The notes: generated by a model not told the origin, from the sequence alone. Numbered from the stretch's first letter, positions 1 through 10,420 are shown. The stretch: DNA of 64,000 nucleotides from Candidatus Bathyarchaeota archaeon (GCA_050123155.1 JASFHP010000002.1:3990-67989); one strand, 5' to 3'. Made by a program: numbers and translations.

Positions 1-2
1 TG

Positions 3-635
3 GTGGGGCACATTTTCAGGTATAACTCTGCAGTGCAGAAAGTTAAGGAGTTAATAGAAAAGGGAGAACTTGGACAAATTTACTATATGTTCGGGCATTT
101 CGCTGGCCTGAAAAATCCACGAACAGATAGCGGTGCCATATATACTTACACTATCCATCATATAGATATTTACAACTATTTACTTGAAAAACTACCCGAA
201 GAAGTTACATGTTGCAGCGGTCACTTCTTAGAAAGAAAGGAACTCGAAGATGTAGCCATCCTTACATTGAAATATCCCACTGGTACACTGGGATTCATCG
301 AAGGCAGTTGGTTGCCCCCCGGTAAACAGAGAGATCTAACGGTTGTCGGCAGCAAAAAAAGTGTTACCTCAGACCTTCTCAAGCAAACACTATGCCTCTA
401 TGACTCTTATATCGAAAAACATGGTAACCAATTCAAGGCCATAGATCAAGGCTCAAAAGAGCTTAAAGTAGAATTCAAAGAGCCACTGAAGTTAGAACTC
501 TTAGAGTTTATGAAGAGCATTAAAACTGGACGAAAACCTTTGTCTGATGGGCAAGCTGCGTTAGCTTCAATTAACATAATAGAGAATGCATTAAAATCGG
601 CTAAACTCGGAAGAACCGTGAGGCTAAAACAATGA
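3..635 (+). CDS. Gfo/Idh/MocA-family sugar oxidoreductase, C-terminal part (5' end lies outside the window); WbpB-like by context
   Basis: The GHIFRYNSAVQKVKELIEKGELG segment parallels GYIERFNSAVSKLKELV in the complete paralog at 28635-29621. It overlaps the next gene by 4 nt. Confidence 0.8.
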   Translation: MGHIFRYNSAVQKVKELIEKGELGQIYYMFGHFAGLKNPRTDSGAIYTYTIHHIDIYNYLLEKLPEEVTCCSGHFLERKELEDVAILTLKYPTGTLGFIEGSWLPPGKQRDLTVVGSKKSVTSDLLKQTLCLYDSYIEKHGNQFKAIDQGSKELKVEFKEPLKLELLEFMKSIKTGRKPLSDGQAALASINIIENALKSAKLGRTVRLKQ

Positions 636-1315
636 TGAACAAAAATACTGTAATATACAATAATGTGAAGATTGGGAGAAAACCAATAATCGAAGACTTT
701 GTAATTCTGGGCAAGCCTTCACAACGAATCAAAATTGATCAATCAGAACTAGTCATAGGAGATTTTCCAGTATTCCGATCTGGAACTATAATATATTCAG
801 GAAACATAATCGGTGATAATTTTAGATCAGGAGATCACACACGAATAAGAGAGAACAACCGGATAGGTAATGATGTCAGCATCGGAACTTGTACCATTGT
901 TGAATGTGAATGTGAAATAAAAGACCGTGCTAGAATTCATTCTAATTGCTTCATACCTGAATACACATCAATAAGTGAAGACGCATGGATTGGTCCAGGA
1001 ACAACAATGACAAACGTTCTACACCCTCCATGTCCAGCATTCAAGAAATATGCTCCACTTAAAAAAGAAGAAAAATGCTGTTATGGGCCAATTATAAAGA
1101 AAAGAGCAGTGGTCGGTGCAGGGACAGTCATTCTGCCCGGAATAGTGATTGGCGAGGATGCACTTGTAGGAGCTGGGGCAGTTGTTACTTCTGATATTCC
1201 AAATGGATGTGTTGCAATAGGTAATCCCGCGAAAGTTGTCAAAAAAATTGAGGATCTGAATTGTCCAGCAGGATTTTACAAAACAGGAGAGGTTTATTCA
1301 TGGAGAAAAAAATGA
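632..1315 (+). CDS. Hexapeptide-repeat (left-handed beta-helix) acyl/acetyltransferase, WbpD/WbbJ-like
   Basis: Repeated [LIV]G-x4 hexapeptide pattern (IGDNFRSGDHTRI, IGNDVSIG, VGAGTVILPGIVIGEDALVGAGAVV). ATGA overlap with the upstream gene. Confidence 0.85.
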   Translation: MMNKNTVIYNNVKIGRKPIIEDFVILGKPSQRIKIDQSELVIGDFPVFRSGTIIYSGNIIGDNFRSGDHTRIRENNRIGNDVSIGTCTIVECECEIKDRARIHSNCFIPEYTSISEDAWIGPGTTMTNVLHPPCPAFKKYAPLKKEEKCCYGPIIKKRAVVGAGTVILPGIVIGEDALVGAGAVVTSDIPNGCVAIGNPAKVVKKIEDLNCPAGFYKTGEVYSWRKK

Positions 1316-2400
1316 ACGTTCCACTTTCCAAGGTCTATGTGGATGACGACATAAAAGAAGTCGTCTCAGAAGTTTTAGACAGCGAATGGTACATTCTAGG
1401 TGATAGAGTTAGAAAGTTTGAGCAGAACTTTGCTGATTTCTGTGATACCAATCATGCTATTTGTGCCAGTTCTGGAACTGCAGCAATTTTTCTCTCTTTA
1501 ATGGCTCTTGACATCGGTCCAGGAGACGAAGTAATAGCCCCCTCTTTTTCATTCTTTGCTACGGCTTCGCCGATCCTACAGAGAGGGGCAAAACCAGTGT
1601 TTCTTGACGTTGATCTGGACACTTACACTGTAGCCCCCTCTGAGATCAAGCGAAACTTGTCGAAGCGAACAAAAGCCATCATTCCAGTTCATTTGTATGG
1701 ACATCCAGCGGATATGGATCCGATTATGGAGCTTGCAGAAGAAAACAATTTGTTCGTGATTGAAGATGCTTGCCAGGCTCATGGAGCAGAGTATAAGAGA
1801 AGAAAAGCGGGTGGAATTGGTCACCTTGGGTGCTTCAGTTTTTATCCGTCAAAAAACATGACTGTTTGTGGTGACGGGGGTATTATCACAACAAATGATG
1901 AAGAACTGGCCGAAAAACTTAAGATGTTACGCAATCATGGGAGAACTGAAAAGTATGTCCACAATACTTTAGGTTATAACTTAAGATTCAATGAAATCCA
2001 AGCTGCAATTGGGATAAAACAATTAGAAAAATTGCCCAAGTGGAATTTAACTCGACGTAGATTTGCTAAAGAATACACCGAATCGCTCAAAGACTTTGTG
2101 ATTGTTCCAAAAGAAGCCTCTTGGGCAAAGTCTGTGTATCATATGTACGTGATTAGACTTCAAAAACGTGATGAATTGCGTGAATTCTTGAAAGATAATG
2201 GAATTTCAACCGGGATTCATTACCCTGTTCCCATACACAGGCAACCTGCTATTACAGAAGTTATCGGAGAACAACCTATCTTGAGAAATACTGAAATTGC
2301 AGCCGAAACAGTCCTTTCCTTACCTTTGCATCCACAAATAGCCACAGAAAGCGTTGAATACGTAACTGCTAAAATCCACCAATTTTTTCAAGAAAAATGA
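1300..2400 (+). CDS. DegT/DnrJ/EryC1/StrS-family PLP sugar aminotransferase (WbpE-like)
   Basis: Family-typical EDACQAHGA and FSFYPSKNMT (PLP lysine) motifs. AGGAGAGG RBS 8 nt before the ATG at 1300; an alternative ATG at 1312 forms an ATGA overlap. Confidence 0.9.
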   Translation: MEKKMNVPLSKVYVDDDIKEVVSEVLDSEWYILGDRVRKFEQNFADFCDTNHAICASSGTAAIFLSLMALDIGPGDEVIAPSFSFFATASPILQRGAKPVFLDVDLDTYTVAPSEIKRNLSKRTKAIIPVHLYGHPADMDPIMELAEENNLFVIEDACQAHGAEYKRRKAGGIGHLGCFSFYPSKNMTVCGDGGIITTNDEELAEKLKMLRNHGRTEKYVHNTLGYNLRFNEIQAAIGIKQLEKLPKWNLTRRRFAKEYTESLKDFVIVPKEASWAKSVYHMYVIRLQKRDELREFLKDNGISTGIHYPVPIHRQPAITEVIGEQPILRNTEIAAETVLSLPLHPQIATESVEYVTAKIHQFFQEK

Positions 2401-2413
2401 AAACTGAATTTTC

Positions 2414-2635
2414 ATGAGAAACTCGGTTAATTCAATTGGCCACGGAATTATATTCAATACGCGGCTTGGCACCAGATTATTACCCATAACAAAAGAACCT
2501 CCCAGCGAAGTGATGCATAGATTACGCGAGAATGGGAATAAATTGACCGAAGAATATTTTGTGACTATTTGCGAAAGCATGATACAATTCAGATATCCGT
2601 GCCAATCGTGCACTAAAGAGGATGAACTTAAATAA
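2414..2635 (+). pseudogene. Truncated, degenerate N-terminal relic of a sugar-phosphate nucleotidyltransferase (RmlA/GlmU-like fold)
   Basis: GIIFNTRLGTRLLPITKEPP resembles the G-x-G-T-R-L-x-P-[LI]-T-x-x-x-P-K signature, but the glycine loop is degraded. The ORF is only 73 aa against more than 220 aa expected. Confidence 0.45.
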
Positions 2636-2658
2636 TCTTATTGCTGATGGTGAATTAA

Positions 2659-5196
2659 ATGGAAGAATTGAGCATGAAAGGTAAATTCAAAACAGAGGGG
2701 ATCAAATCCTACGAATTTTTGATCCTATCATTGATTGTAGTTCTGGGTTTTGTTCTACGCCTTTACTTTCTTTCCTTCTATTTATCTGCCAATAGTACGG
2801 ACTCTGTGGGATATAGTTACGCTGCTCTATTGCATTCTCGCGGAGAGTGGTTATCACCAAATGCCACGCCAAAAGGCTTTCTTCTAGTTTCGATAATGGC
2901 TCAATTCTACCAAAGCCTTGGTCCCACACTTCTAGCTGGGCAGCTAGTGTCATTATTGTTTGGAGGACTTTTACCCATCATCACTTTTTTCTTGGGAAAA
3001 GAACTCTTCAATAAGAAAACTGGTCTTCTGAGCGCTTTTATTGTTTCTATAAATCCTCTGCTAATCTTATATTCCTGTCTTGTATTCAGAGAAATGCTTT
3101 TTTCTTTTACTTGGATGTGTTGTATCTACTTTGCTTTGCGTGGCTTCAAAGGTAACACTTTTTATTCTATATTGGCCGGATTTTTCTTCGCTCTCGCATC
3201 AATGACAGTAGAGATAGGTATATTTACAGGAATAGGATTTATCGTATACTTCGTTGTTCAAAAGACGTTGAAGAATAAGGGTAGACTGGGTGAATTAAAG
3301 AATCTAGACGTATTCTTTTGCAGTGCGTTTCTAACATTGCTTCCTTTGTTCATAAGAGATTATCTAGTGAATGCCGACTTCTTCTTCTCTTGGACAATAT
3401 TTGAATACTATAACACTCCCATTGTAATGTACATAAGTCTTATTGGTCTTAGTGTGCCTTACGTACTATTAACTAGAGTATTGTTTCATCAACCCAAATT
3501 TCCATCGTTTGATCGTTTTTCAAATGTTATCAAAATCTCTTTAGTTGGAGTATTTTCACTCGCCGCCGTACTTGTCGTGGGTTATTTCTCTGGTCTATTC
3601 TCGGGAACCTTGGAGCTTTTGTTTGCTCAATCGTTTACAGGTTTTGTGAAGTTTGTAGAGTATATGGCTTTTCCAGAAGCTCTGGGGCTGTTTCTGTCTC
3701 TTTTTTCTCTTGTAGCTATAGTGTACGGATTGAAATCGCGTGATATACGTGCCCTCACTATTTTCTGTTTGACCACATTCCTATTCTCTTATGCTGTTCG
3801 GGCTATCGTGCTTTCCACAAATTATAGTTTTTGGGGAAACTATGGCGTGATTGATCTGCTTACGTGGAGTGGAGGACTACAGCAGGTAACTTGGCCTTTT
3901 CAGGTTATCTTTAGGTATCCTCTTCCTTTCTATCCTCTGTTTTCAATTTTTGCGAGTTTCGGCATATTTTTCATTTGCGACAGGTTGCTAGGCAAATCTT
4001 GTGAAACTCCAACTAGCGAACCAACCACACAAAAGAATGAACGGCCAAGAAAGAACAAGATAGCCCAGAATCAATTGGTTAAAAAGGCACTAGTTTCTAT
4101 CATGGTTTTCATTATTATTTTCGCATATTCCTATGCTCAGGCTGATTTATTTGCTAGAGCCGATTCTCATGACTCTTACCAAAATCCTAGATTACCTGCA
4201 AATGTTGAACCACCGTGGTGGTATCGTGAGGGAGGGGAAAGTCTATCTCTCATTGATTGGCTTCATGACCAAGGGTCCCCCGTAGTTTATAGTTTTAATT
4301 CCATGTTCAAGAAACAATATGGAGAAGATAAAGTAATACTGCTGAACGGAAATGAAAGCCTCATAGACATCGTAAACCAAGCCCGTAAAGACAACGTGGA
4401 ATACATTATTTCAGATGCATGGGGTACATATTCTGATGCACAATATGAATTGTATCGAGCAGGCATTAACGATCGGGAACCGAGATTTGAAGCTCAACCT
4501 CTTGGGTACTATGAATTGGTAAGATCATACTCTCATTGGCACATGGCGCAGGTCTTCAAGATCTCTATACCAGAAAGGATGGCTCTTGTTGTTCAAGGCA
4601 CCGCAAGCACAGGTGCACCTTGGCTGAATTTTCTCTCAAATATGTCTTCTCCGTACATTGTTACAACTGTCGATGATGAGAAAGATCTGACAGACTTTCT
4701 CACTACTGATTACGACGTAATTGTCATAACTGAAATTCAACGGCATTTAGAAGATGATGAACTAGAAATATTGAGAGAAAGGGTGGAAAAAGGAACAGTG
4801 TTGATAATTAATGGTATCGCACCAGCATTCATGAATTTAAACGAAAATAGTTACTGGCTAGGCGCAGAGAGATTTTCAGAGGCTCCCACAGACGCGAAAA
4901 TGAACATAACATTCACAGAAAATGCCTTAACTGTTCTGCCTCAAATTAACTTAGACAGGAGCTACGTTCTATATTCTCAAAGTCTTTATTCTTCTCCCAC
5001 CGGCTGTACCGGCATTGAATCTGATGTTACAATATACGCAAACAGAGTTGAAGACGAAGCTACTACGATATTCGCCAAACCCTTTTTGGAAGGAACAGTG
5101 ATATTCTCCGGAGTTAGACACACTCATGCACAAGAATCTGACGATTATGGATTATATATGAACTTCTTGCAAAATTTGCTGAATGAAACTGGCTAA
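2659..5196 (+). CDS. Polytopic GT-C-type (PMT/ArnT-like) membrane glycosyltransferase with a large C-terminal soluble domain
   Basis: About 12 hydrophobic segments in the first ~480 aa, then a ~350-aa hydrophilic domain. No WWDYG motif, so it is not called AglB. Confidence 0.55.
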   Translation: MEELSMKGKFKTEGIKSYEFLILSLIVVLGFVLRLYFLSFYLSANSTDSVGYSYAALLHSRGEWLSPNATPKGFLLVSIMAQFYQSLGPTLLAGQLVSLLFGGLLPIITFFLGKELFNKKTGLLSAFIVSINPLLILYSCLVFREMLFSFTWMCCIYFALRGFKGNTFYSILAGFFFALASMTVEIGIFTGIGFIVYFVVQKTLKNKGRLGELKNLDVFFCSAFLTLLPLFIRDYLVNADFFFSWTIFEYYNTPIVMYISLIGLSVPYVLLTRVLFHQPKFPSFDRFSNVIKISLVGVFSLAAVLVVGYFSGLFSGTLELLFAQSFTGFVKFVEYMAFPEALGLFLSLFSLVAIVYGLKSRDIRALTIFCLTTFLFSYAVRAIVLSTNYSFWGNYGVIDLLTWSGGLQQVTWPFQVIFRYPLPFYPLFSIFASFGIFFICDRLLGKSCETPTSEPTTQKNERPRKNKIAQNQLVKKALVSIMVFIIIFAYSYAQADLFARADSHDSYQNPRLPANVEPPWWYREGGESLSLIDWLHDQGSPVVYSFNSMFKKQYGEDKVILLNGNESLIDIVNQARKDNVEYIISDAWGTYSDAQYELYRAGINDREPRFEAQPLGYYELVRSYSHWHMAQVFKISIPERMALVVQGTASTGAPWLNFLSNMSSPYIVTTVDDEKDLTDFLTTDYDVIVITEIQRHLEDDELEILRERVEKGTVLIINGIAPAFMNLNENSYWLGAERFSEAPTDAKMNITFTENALTVLPQINLDRSYVLYSQSLYSSPTGCTGIESDVTIYANRVEDEATTIFAKPFLEGTVIFSGVRHTHAQESDDYGLYMNFLQNLLNETG

Positions 5197-5495
5197 CAAA
5201 TCACTTATACGCATTAAAAAAACGGAGATTGTTGAGATTTCACATTCTGTTGTATACGCGCGCTTATTAAAAGCAACAAAACACTAAACCCTTCTCGAGC
5301 AGAAACACAACTTTACGCAAAGTCTCGTAATTCTTTTGAAGAAATAATGCTTAAATACGGTCATGAACTGGGGATAGATGAGTCTTCAATTAGAAGATAG
5401 ATGCATAATAGTTGCGTGAATTAAGGAGCCGGAAAAAAAGACACTTCACTTTTCTGTTTTTAATAATTATCCGAAAAATTTGAGGTAATGTCAAC

Positions 5496-6935
5496 TTGAA
5501 AGTTCTTGTTACAAACCCGCCATGGCCTGGACCAGGATACGGAGCCAGATCCGATGTCAGATGGCCACATCGACGAAGCGACAAATATCTTGAATATCCA
5601 GTATATTTGGCGTATACTGTTGCTGTACTTGAAGAAGCGGGAATAGAAACGCATTTTATAGACGGAGTTGCAGACGATCTTTCTATAGAAGCCTTCGTAG
5701 AAGAGACAAAGAAAATCAATCCGGATTTAGTCGTCATCGAATGTTCTACTCCTTCAATAATAAATGACCTACATATTGCTAAGAGATTGAAAGAAGAATT
5801 GAAGAACACCTTCATACTTTTGGTTGGTTCACATCCTACCTATTTCCATAAGGAGATTATCAAAGAAAACGAATTTGTTGGCGCAATTGCTAGAGGCGAG
5901 TTCGAGTTAACGATAAGAGATCTGGCTTTAGCCCTTCAGCATGGACAACAACTTCAAGACGTTGCAGGAATCACATACAGGAATGGCGAAAGCGTGCAAG
6001 TAAATGAGGATCGCCCGTTGATCCAAGACTTGGATGCTCTTCCTTTTCCAGCAAGGCACATAGTCAAATCCAGCAGTTACAGAGAAGCTGTTTTTACAGG
6101 TCAAAGATGCACAACAATTGTGAGTTCCAGAGGCTGCCCACACAAATGTATCTTCTGCATATGGCCCAAAACTATGTATGGGCACAAGTTCAGACAAAGA
6201 AGCCCCGGAAACGTTGTTGACGAGATTCAACACGTTGTGGATGAATATGGAGTTGATGAAATATACTTTGATGACGATTGTTTTACGTTGGATAGGAAAA
6301 GGCTACTAGAAATATGCAGTGAAATCGTCAAACGCGGTATAAATGTAAAGTGGATGTGCCAAGCCAGAGTCGACAATATGACTCAAGAGGTTCTTGAGGC
6401 GATGAAAAAAGCTGGCTGTCATTACATTAAATATGGTGTTGAGTCAGGCTCGCAAGAGCTTCTTAATCGTATGAAGAAAGGCATCACCTTAGAAGCGGTG
6501 AGAAAAGCTTTCAGGGCAACCAGAAAAGTGGGCATTAAGTCTCAAGCCTTTTTCTTATTTGGTTTACCCTGGGAAACCCCTGAAACAGTTGCGAAGACAA
6601 TTGAATTTGCGAAAGAACTCAAACCTGACAGCGCTCAATTTGCTATAGTTGTTCCCCATCCGGGAACAGAACTCTATGAGTTATGCCTTGAAAAAGGATG
6701 GCTGAAATACAAAACTTGGGAAGACTTTGACTGCCGCTCACCCCTCATCGAAACAGACACCCTTTCAATCAAAGATCCAATGGAATATCGTACGAGAGCC
6801 TACAGGAAATTCTACATTAGACCCAGCTTCATTTTGCGAACCTCCCTTAAATTGTGGAACCCAAAAGAGGCAAGAAGAATCATAAAAAGCGCCAAATCGG
6901 TTTTTCAGAGAATCTCATACTATGGAGATTCCTAA
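5496..6935 (+). CDS. B12-binding-domain radical SAM enzyme (class B)
   Basis: CPHKCIFCIWP provides the CX3CX2C cluster motif. The N-terminal KVLVTNPPW...LVVIECSTPS segment is typical of the B12-binding domain. TTG start with a GAGGTAA RBS. Confidence 0.9.
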   Translation: MKVLVTNPPWPGPGYGARSDVRWPHRRSDKYLEYPVYLAYTVAVLEEAGIETHFIDGVADDLSIEAFVEETKKINPDLVVIECSTPSIINDLHIAKRLKEELKNTFILLVGSHPTYFHKEIIKENEFVGAIARGEFELTIRDLALALQHGQQLQDVAGITYRNGESVQVNEDRPLIQDLDALPFPARHIVKSSSYREAVFTGQRCTTIVSSRGCPHKCIFCIWPKTMYGHKFRQRSPGNVVDEIQHVVDEYGVDEIYFDDDCFTLDRKRLLEICSEIVKRGINVKWMCQARVDNMTQEVLEAMKKAGCHYIKYGVESGSQELLNRMKKGITLEAVRKAFRATRKVGIKSQAFFLFGLPWETPETVAKTIEFAKELKPDSAQFAIVVPHPGTELYELCLEKGWLKYKTWEDFDCRSPLIETDTLSIKDPMEYRTRAYRKFYIRPSFILRTSLKLWNPKEARRIIKSAKSVFQRISYYGDS

Positions 6936-7114
6936 CATAACGTAGCTTTTCATAGAATACAAGTTGATAGATATTTCTCGAATGTTACGAATCTGGATCT
7001 ACGTGACACATTTTTCTACAGAGTACATTCGGGGTTACTGCACGCGTTTATAAGAGATGTTTAGACACAACTTTGCAAGAAAAATCTCAGTTAACTTATT
7101 GTGGAGGGGTTGAA

Positions 7115-8053
7115 ATGAAATCTGATTCCAGTGAACTAGTAGCCTTGGTTGACACGTCAAGATATGCTGACTTAACTGACGCAATAATAAAGGCATTAGA
7201 ATTGATCAATTTCAACTTTGGAAAAAAACCAAAGAAAGTAGCCATCAAAACAAATATGTGCTACTACTGGCAGAGCACAACCGGTGAAACAACAGACCCA
7301 AAAGTGATAGAAGCAATCATAGACGTCCTAAGAATAAAATTTAACCCTGATGAAATTCTCGTTGTAGAATCAGACGCAACAGCCATGAGAGCAAAGCACG
7401 CTTTCAAAACACTTGGGTACGAGAAACTGGCTGCAAAAAAGAAAGTAAAGCTCCTAAACCTATGTGAAGAGGAAACGCTTCCAGTACCAAATGAAACATC
7501 TTCCATTTCTAAAAAAATAAAGATCCCGAAAATACTAACCGAGGTGGACCTTTTCATAAGTGTGCCCAAACTAAAGCTTCATCGCCTCGTCGGAGTAACA
7601 TGTTCCCTAAAAAACCAATTTGGTTGCATCCCTGTCCAGAGAAAAGTCGGTTTCCACAACCAGTTAAAAGAAGCTATAGCATTGATTAACAAGCATGTTC
7701 CACCTGATTTGATTATTGTCGATGGAATAATTGCAGGAGGAAAAACTCCCAAAAAGCTTGACCTAATCATGGCAAGCTCTGACCCTGTGGCAGTAGACTC
7801 TGTTGCAGCGAAAATCGCTGGTTTCAACCCTAAACGAATCAAGCATATAGTAGAATCAGAAAAAACTGGTGTGGGGTCCACAAACTTTCAATGCGTAGGA
7901 GACGACATACAACATTTTATCAACAAGTTTCCTCGAAAAGGATTTGTCTCAAGTGTTGCAAGAAGCGTTCTTCTGAAAGTTTATACCTTTTATTTGCGAC
8001 ATTTCACGTTAGAAGGTAAACTTTTCAAAAAACAGCCATCGCTCGGAGGCTGA
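7115..8053 (+). CDS. DUF362-family protein
   Basis: Family-like segments (VAIKTNMCYY, LHRLVGVTCSLKNQFGCIP, IVDGIIAGG). GGAGGGG RBS upstream of the ATG at 7115. Confidence 0.65.
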   Translation: MKSDSSELVALVDTSRYADLTDAIIKALELINFNFGKKPKKVAIKTNMCYYWQSTTGETTDPKVIEAIIDVLRIKFNPDEILVVESDATAMRAKHAFKTLGYEKLAAKKKVKLLNLCEEETLPVPNETSSISKKIKIPKILTEVDLFISVPKLKLHRLVGVTCSLKNQFGCIPVQRKVGFHNQLKEAIALINKHVPPDLIIVDGIIAGGKTPKKLDLIMASSDPVAVDSVAAKIAGFNPKRIKHIVESEKTGVGSTNFQCVGDDIQHFINKFPRKGFVSSVARSVLLKVYTFYLRHFTLEGKLFKKQPSLGG

Positions 8054-8059
8054 CAAACA

Positions 8060-9109
8060 ATGGATTATCTGAAAATTGGAATCGCAGGTGCTGGTGGACA
8101 AGGAAGGAAGCACTTGCTAAATTGCTTGCGATTGAAGAATGCTAAAGTTATAGCAGTAGCTGACGCTTCAAAATATGTATTATCAAAAGTTTCTGAGCTG
8201 GGAATCAAAACTTACTCGGATTACAGAGAAATGATAGAAAAGAACGATCTGGACGCCGTTATAATCTCGCTACCCAACTTTCTTACTAAAGACTGCTGCG
8301 TGCTATCGTCAGAAAGAGGATTCAACATTCTAGTAGAGAAGCCTATGGGAAGAACCCTTGAAGAAGGACAACAAATTGCCGATCACATAAAAAGATCAGG
8401 AGTAAACCTGATGGTTGGTATGTGCCACCGATATATCCCAGGTTGCCGTGATCTCAAAGAAGCTATAGACGAGGGAACTTTCGGTCAAATAGACTTTGCT
8501 TCCGCACTTTTTTTCGCCGGTCCCTTCACCTCCGGGGATAGAAGAGTTCCTGAATGGATATTTGATCCAGAAAAAACTGGCGGTGGCGCCCTCTTGGATG
8601 TCGGCTGCCACCTAATCGATTTGCTCATCTGGTTCTTTGGGCAAGTCCGTTCTGTAACTGGATATGTCGAATCTAGATTTGGATTAGGTTATGAAGACTA
8701 TTCCGAGGTTTCGATGAGATTTAAAAATGATGTCAACGCGTTGGTTGTTGCAAGTTGGCACTCTCGTGTTCCTTGCTACCGAGTTGAGGTCGTGGGAGAA
8801 GTTGGTAGAAAAGTTGCATTTAGCAAAAAATTTGGGATATTTGATTTAGGTCTACGAAAGGGGTTAACATCTTTTGTGAAAGAACGCTTTCTGCAGAGGA
8901 TGAAGGGACGCCCCTTCCTACCTCTTGGCGATGACATATATTACGAAGAGTTAGATTATTTCGTAAAATCCATTTTAAATTCCGAAGAACCTAAACCAAA
9001 TGCAGATGATTGGCTGAAAACAGCGGAAATTATAGATTCTGTTTATTCCCAAAATAACATCCGTCTTCCTTCCCAATCTGCTGGCAATAAAGGGCATGAA
9101 CAGAATTGA
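8060..9109 (+). CDS. Gfo/Idh/MocA-family oxidoreductase
   Basis: GIAGAGGQGRKH Rossmann motif and the LVEKPM motif. Confidence 0.85.
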   Translation: MDYLKIGIAGAGGQGRKHLLNCLRLKNAKVIAVADASKYVLSKVSELGIKTYSDYREMIEKNDLDAVIISLPNFLTKDCCVLSSERGFNILVEKPMGRTLEEGQQIADHIKRSGVNLMVGMCHRYIPGCRDLKEAIDEGTFGQIDFASALFFAGPFTSGDRRVPEWIFDPEKTGGGALLDVGCHLIDLLIWFFGQVRSVTGYVESRFGLGYEDYSEVSMRFKNDVNALVVASWHSRVPCYRVEVVGEVGRKVAFSKKFGIFDLGLRKGLTSFVKERFLQRMKGRPFLPLGDDIYYEELDYFVKSILNSEEPKPNADDWLKTAEIIDSVYSQNNIRLPSQSAGNKGHEQN

Positions 9110-10344
9110 AAATCCTTCAAATCAACAAATACTACTATCTCAAGAGCGGCTCTGAAAGGTATATGTTCAATGTTTCTTCACTACTAGAAAGCCATGGACA
9201 CAAAATTGTGCCCTTCGCTATGAAACATGAAAAGAACATAAACAGCGACTACTCGAAATATTTTGTAGAGAACATTGACTACGACAAAGTGATTAAAGAG
9301 AAACTGCTAAAAAAAATGTTTGCTGGCGTCAAGAGCATATATTCTTTTGAAGCCAGAAATAAGCTTCTGGGACTCGTTGAAAAAGAAAAACCAGACGTAG
9401 CACACATTCACAAGATTAGCAATACTCTTACACCCTCAATTCTGTATGCATTAAAAAAGAAATCAATTCCAACAGTTTTGACATTACACGACTATCGAAT
9501 AATCTGCCCAAACTACAACCTGTATAATCCTAGCACTTTCAGAATTTGTGAGGCTTGCAAAAACCACAGATACCTCAACGCCCTAACGAAGAAGTGCCAG
9601 AAATCATCTTATTTGGTAGGTTTGAATATAACATTAGAGTCCTATCTTTACCGTGTTATGGCGACATATGCTAATGCAATAGATCTCTTCATTTCTCCAA
9701 GCAAATTTGTAATGAATAAGGTCGTCGAATTCGGAATTCCCAAAGAAAGAGTGGTCTTTATTCCCCATTTCGTAAGATGTGATCATTATGCCCCAAATTT
9801 TGTTGACTCTGACTACATCTTATATTTTGGCAGGATTGAAAAGCACAAAGGTGTGAAAACATTAATCCAAGCCATAAAAAAGATTGATGAAATTAAATTA
9901 TATATTGTGGGAGAAGGCAACTTTAGAGAAGAACTGGAAAACTACGTCAACAAGGAAGGCATTAAGAACGTCTTCTTCTTTGGATTTGTAGCTGAAGATA
10001 AACTGATAAATTTAATCAAAAATTGTCTGTTCACAGTAGTTCCATCTGAATGGTACGAGCCCTTTGGCTTCACAGTTCTTGAATCATTCGCTTTAGGTAA
10101 ACCTGTGATCGGGGCTAATATTGGTGGGATATCCGAATTGGTGGATCACGGCTCCACTGGACTATTGTTCGAGTCAGGAAATGTCGAAGATTTGGCTGAA
10201 AAAATCAGCCATCTTCTAGACAATACGAATTTAGCAGTAGAAATGGGCAAAAGTGCCCGAAAAAAGGTTGAAAAGATTTACAATGAAGAGATACATTACA
10301 AAAAGTTATTCAAAGCGTATGAGAAGGTAATTTTGAAAACCTAA
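9106..10344 (+). CDS. GT4 (group 1) glycosyltransferase
   Basis: C-terminal EPFGFTVLESFALGKPVIGANIGGISELV (E-x7-E region). TTG start overlaps the upstream stop codon (TTGA). Confidence 0.85.
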   Translation: MKILQINKYYYLKSGSERYMFNVSSLLESHGHKIVPFAMKHEKNINSDYSKYFVENIDYDKVIKEKLLKKMFAGVKSIYSFEARNKLLGLVEKEKPDVAHIHKISNTLTPSILYALKKKSIPTVLTLHDYRIICPNYNLYNPSTFRICEACKNHRYLNALTKKCQKSSYLVGLNITLESYLYRVMATYANAIDLFISPSKFVMNKVVEFGIPKERVVFIPHFVRCDHYAPNFVDSDYILYFGRIEKHKGVKTLIQAIKKIDEIKLYIVGEGNFREELENYVNKEGIKNVFFFGFVAEDKLINLIKNCLFTVVPSEWYEPFGFTVLESFALGKPVIGANIGGISELVDHGSTGLLFESGNVEDLAEKISHLLDNTNLAVEMGKSARKKVEKIYNEEIHYKKLFKAYEKVILKT

Positions 10345-10420
10345 ATTTCAATTATGTTGCTCTTTCAAGAGTAGAAAATTGAAGATATGTTAATAGATTT
10401 CTGGAGCATGGTTATGATTT

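Noticed and set aside
2659-5196. The GT-C membrane protein as the oligosaccharyltransferase AglB
   Set aside because: No WWDYG-type motif is present (only WWYREGG in the soluble domain). The N-terminal region looks more like PMT/ArnT-type GT-C enzymes. I call it generic GT-C only.
5390-5815. 141-aa minus-strand ORF upstream of and overlapping the radical SAM gene
   Set aside because: It overlaps the confidently called radical SAM 5' region and its RBS. It has no motif and an atypical composition.
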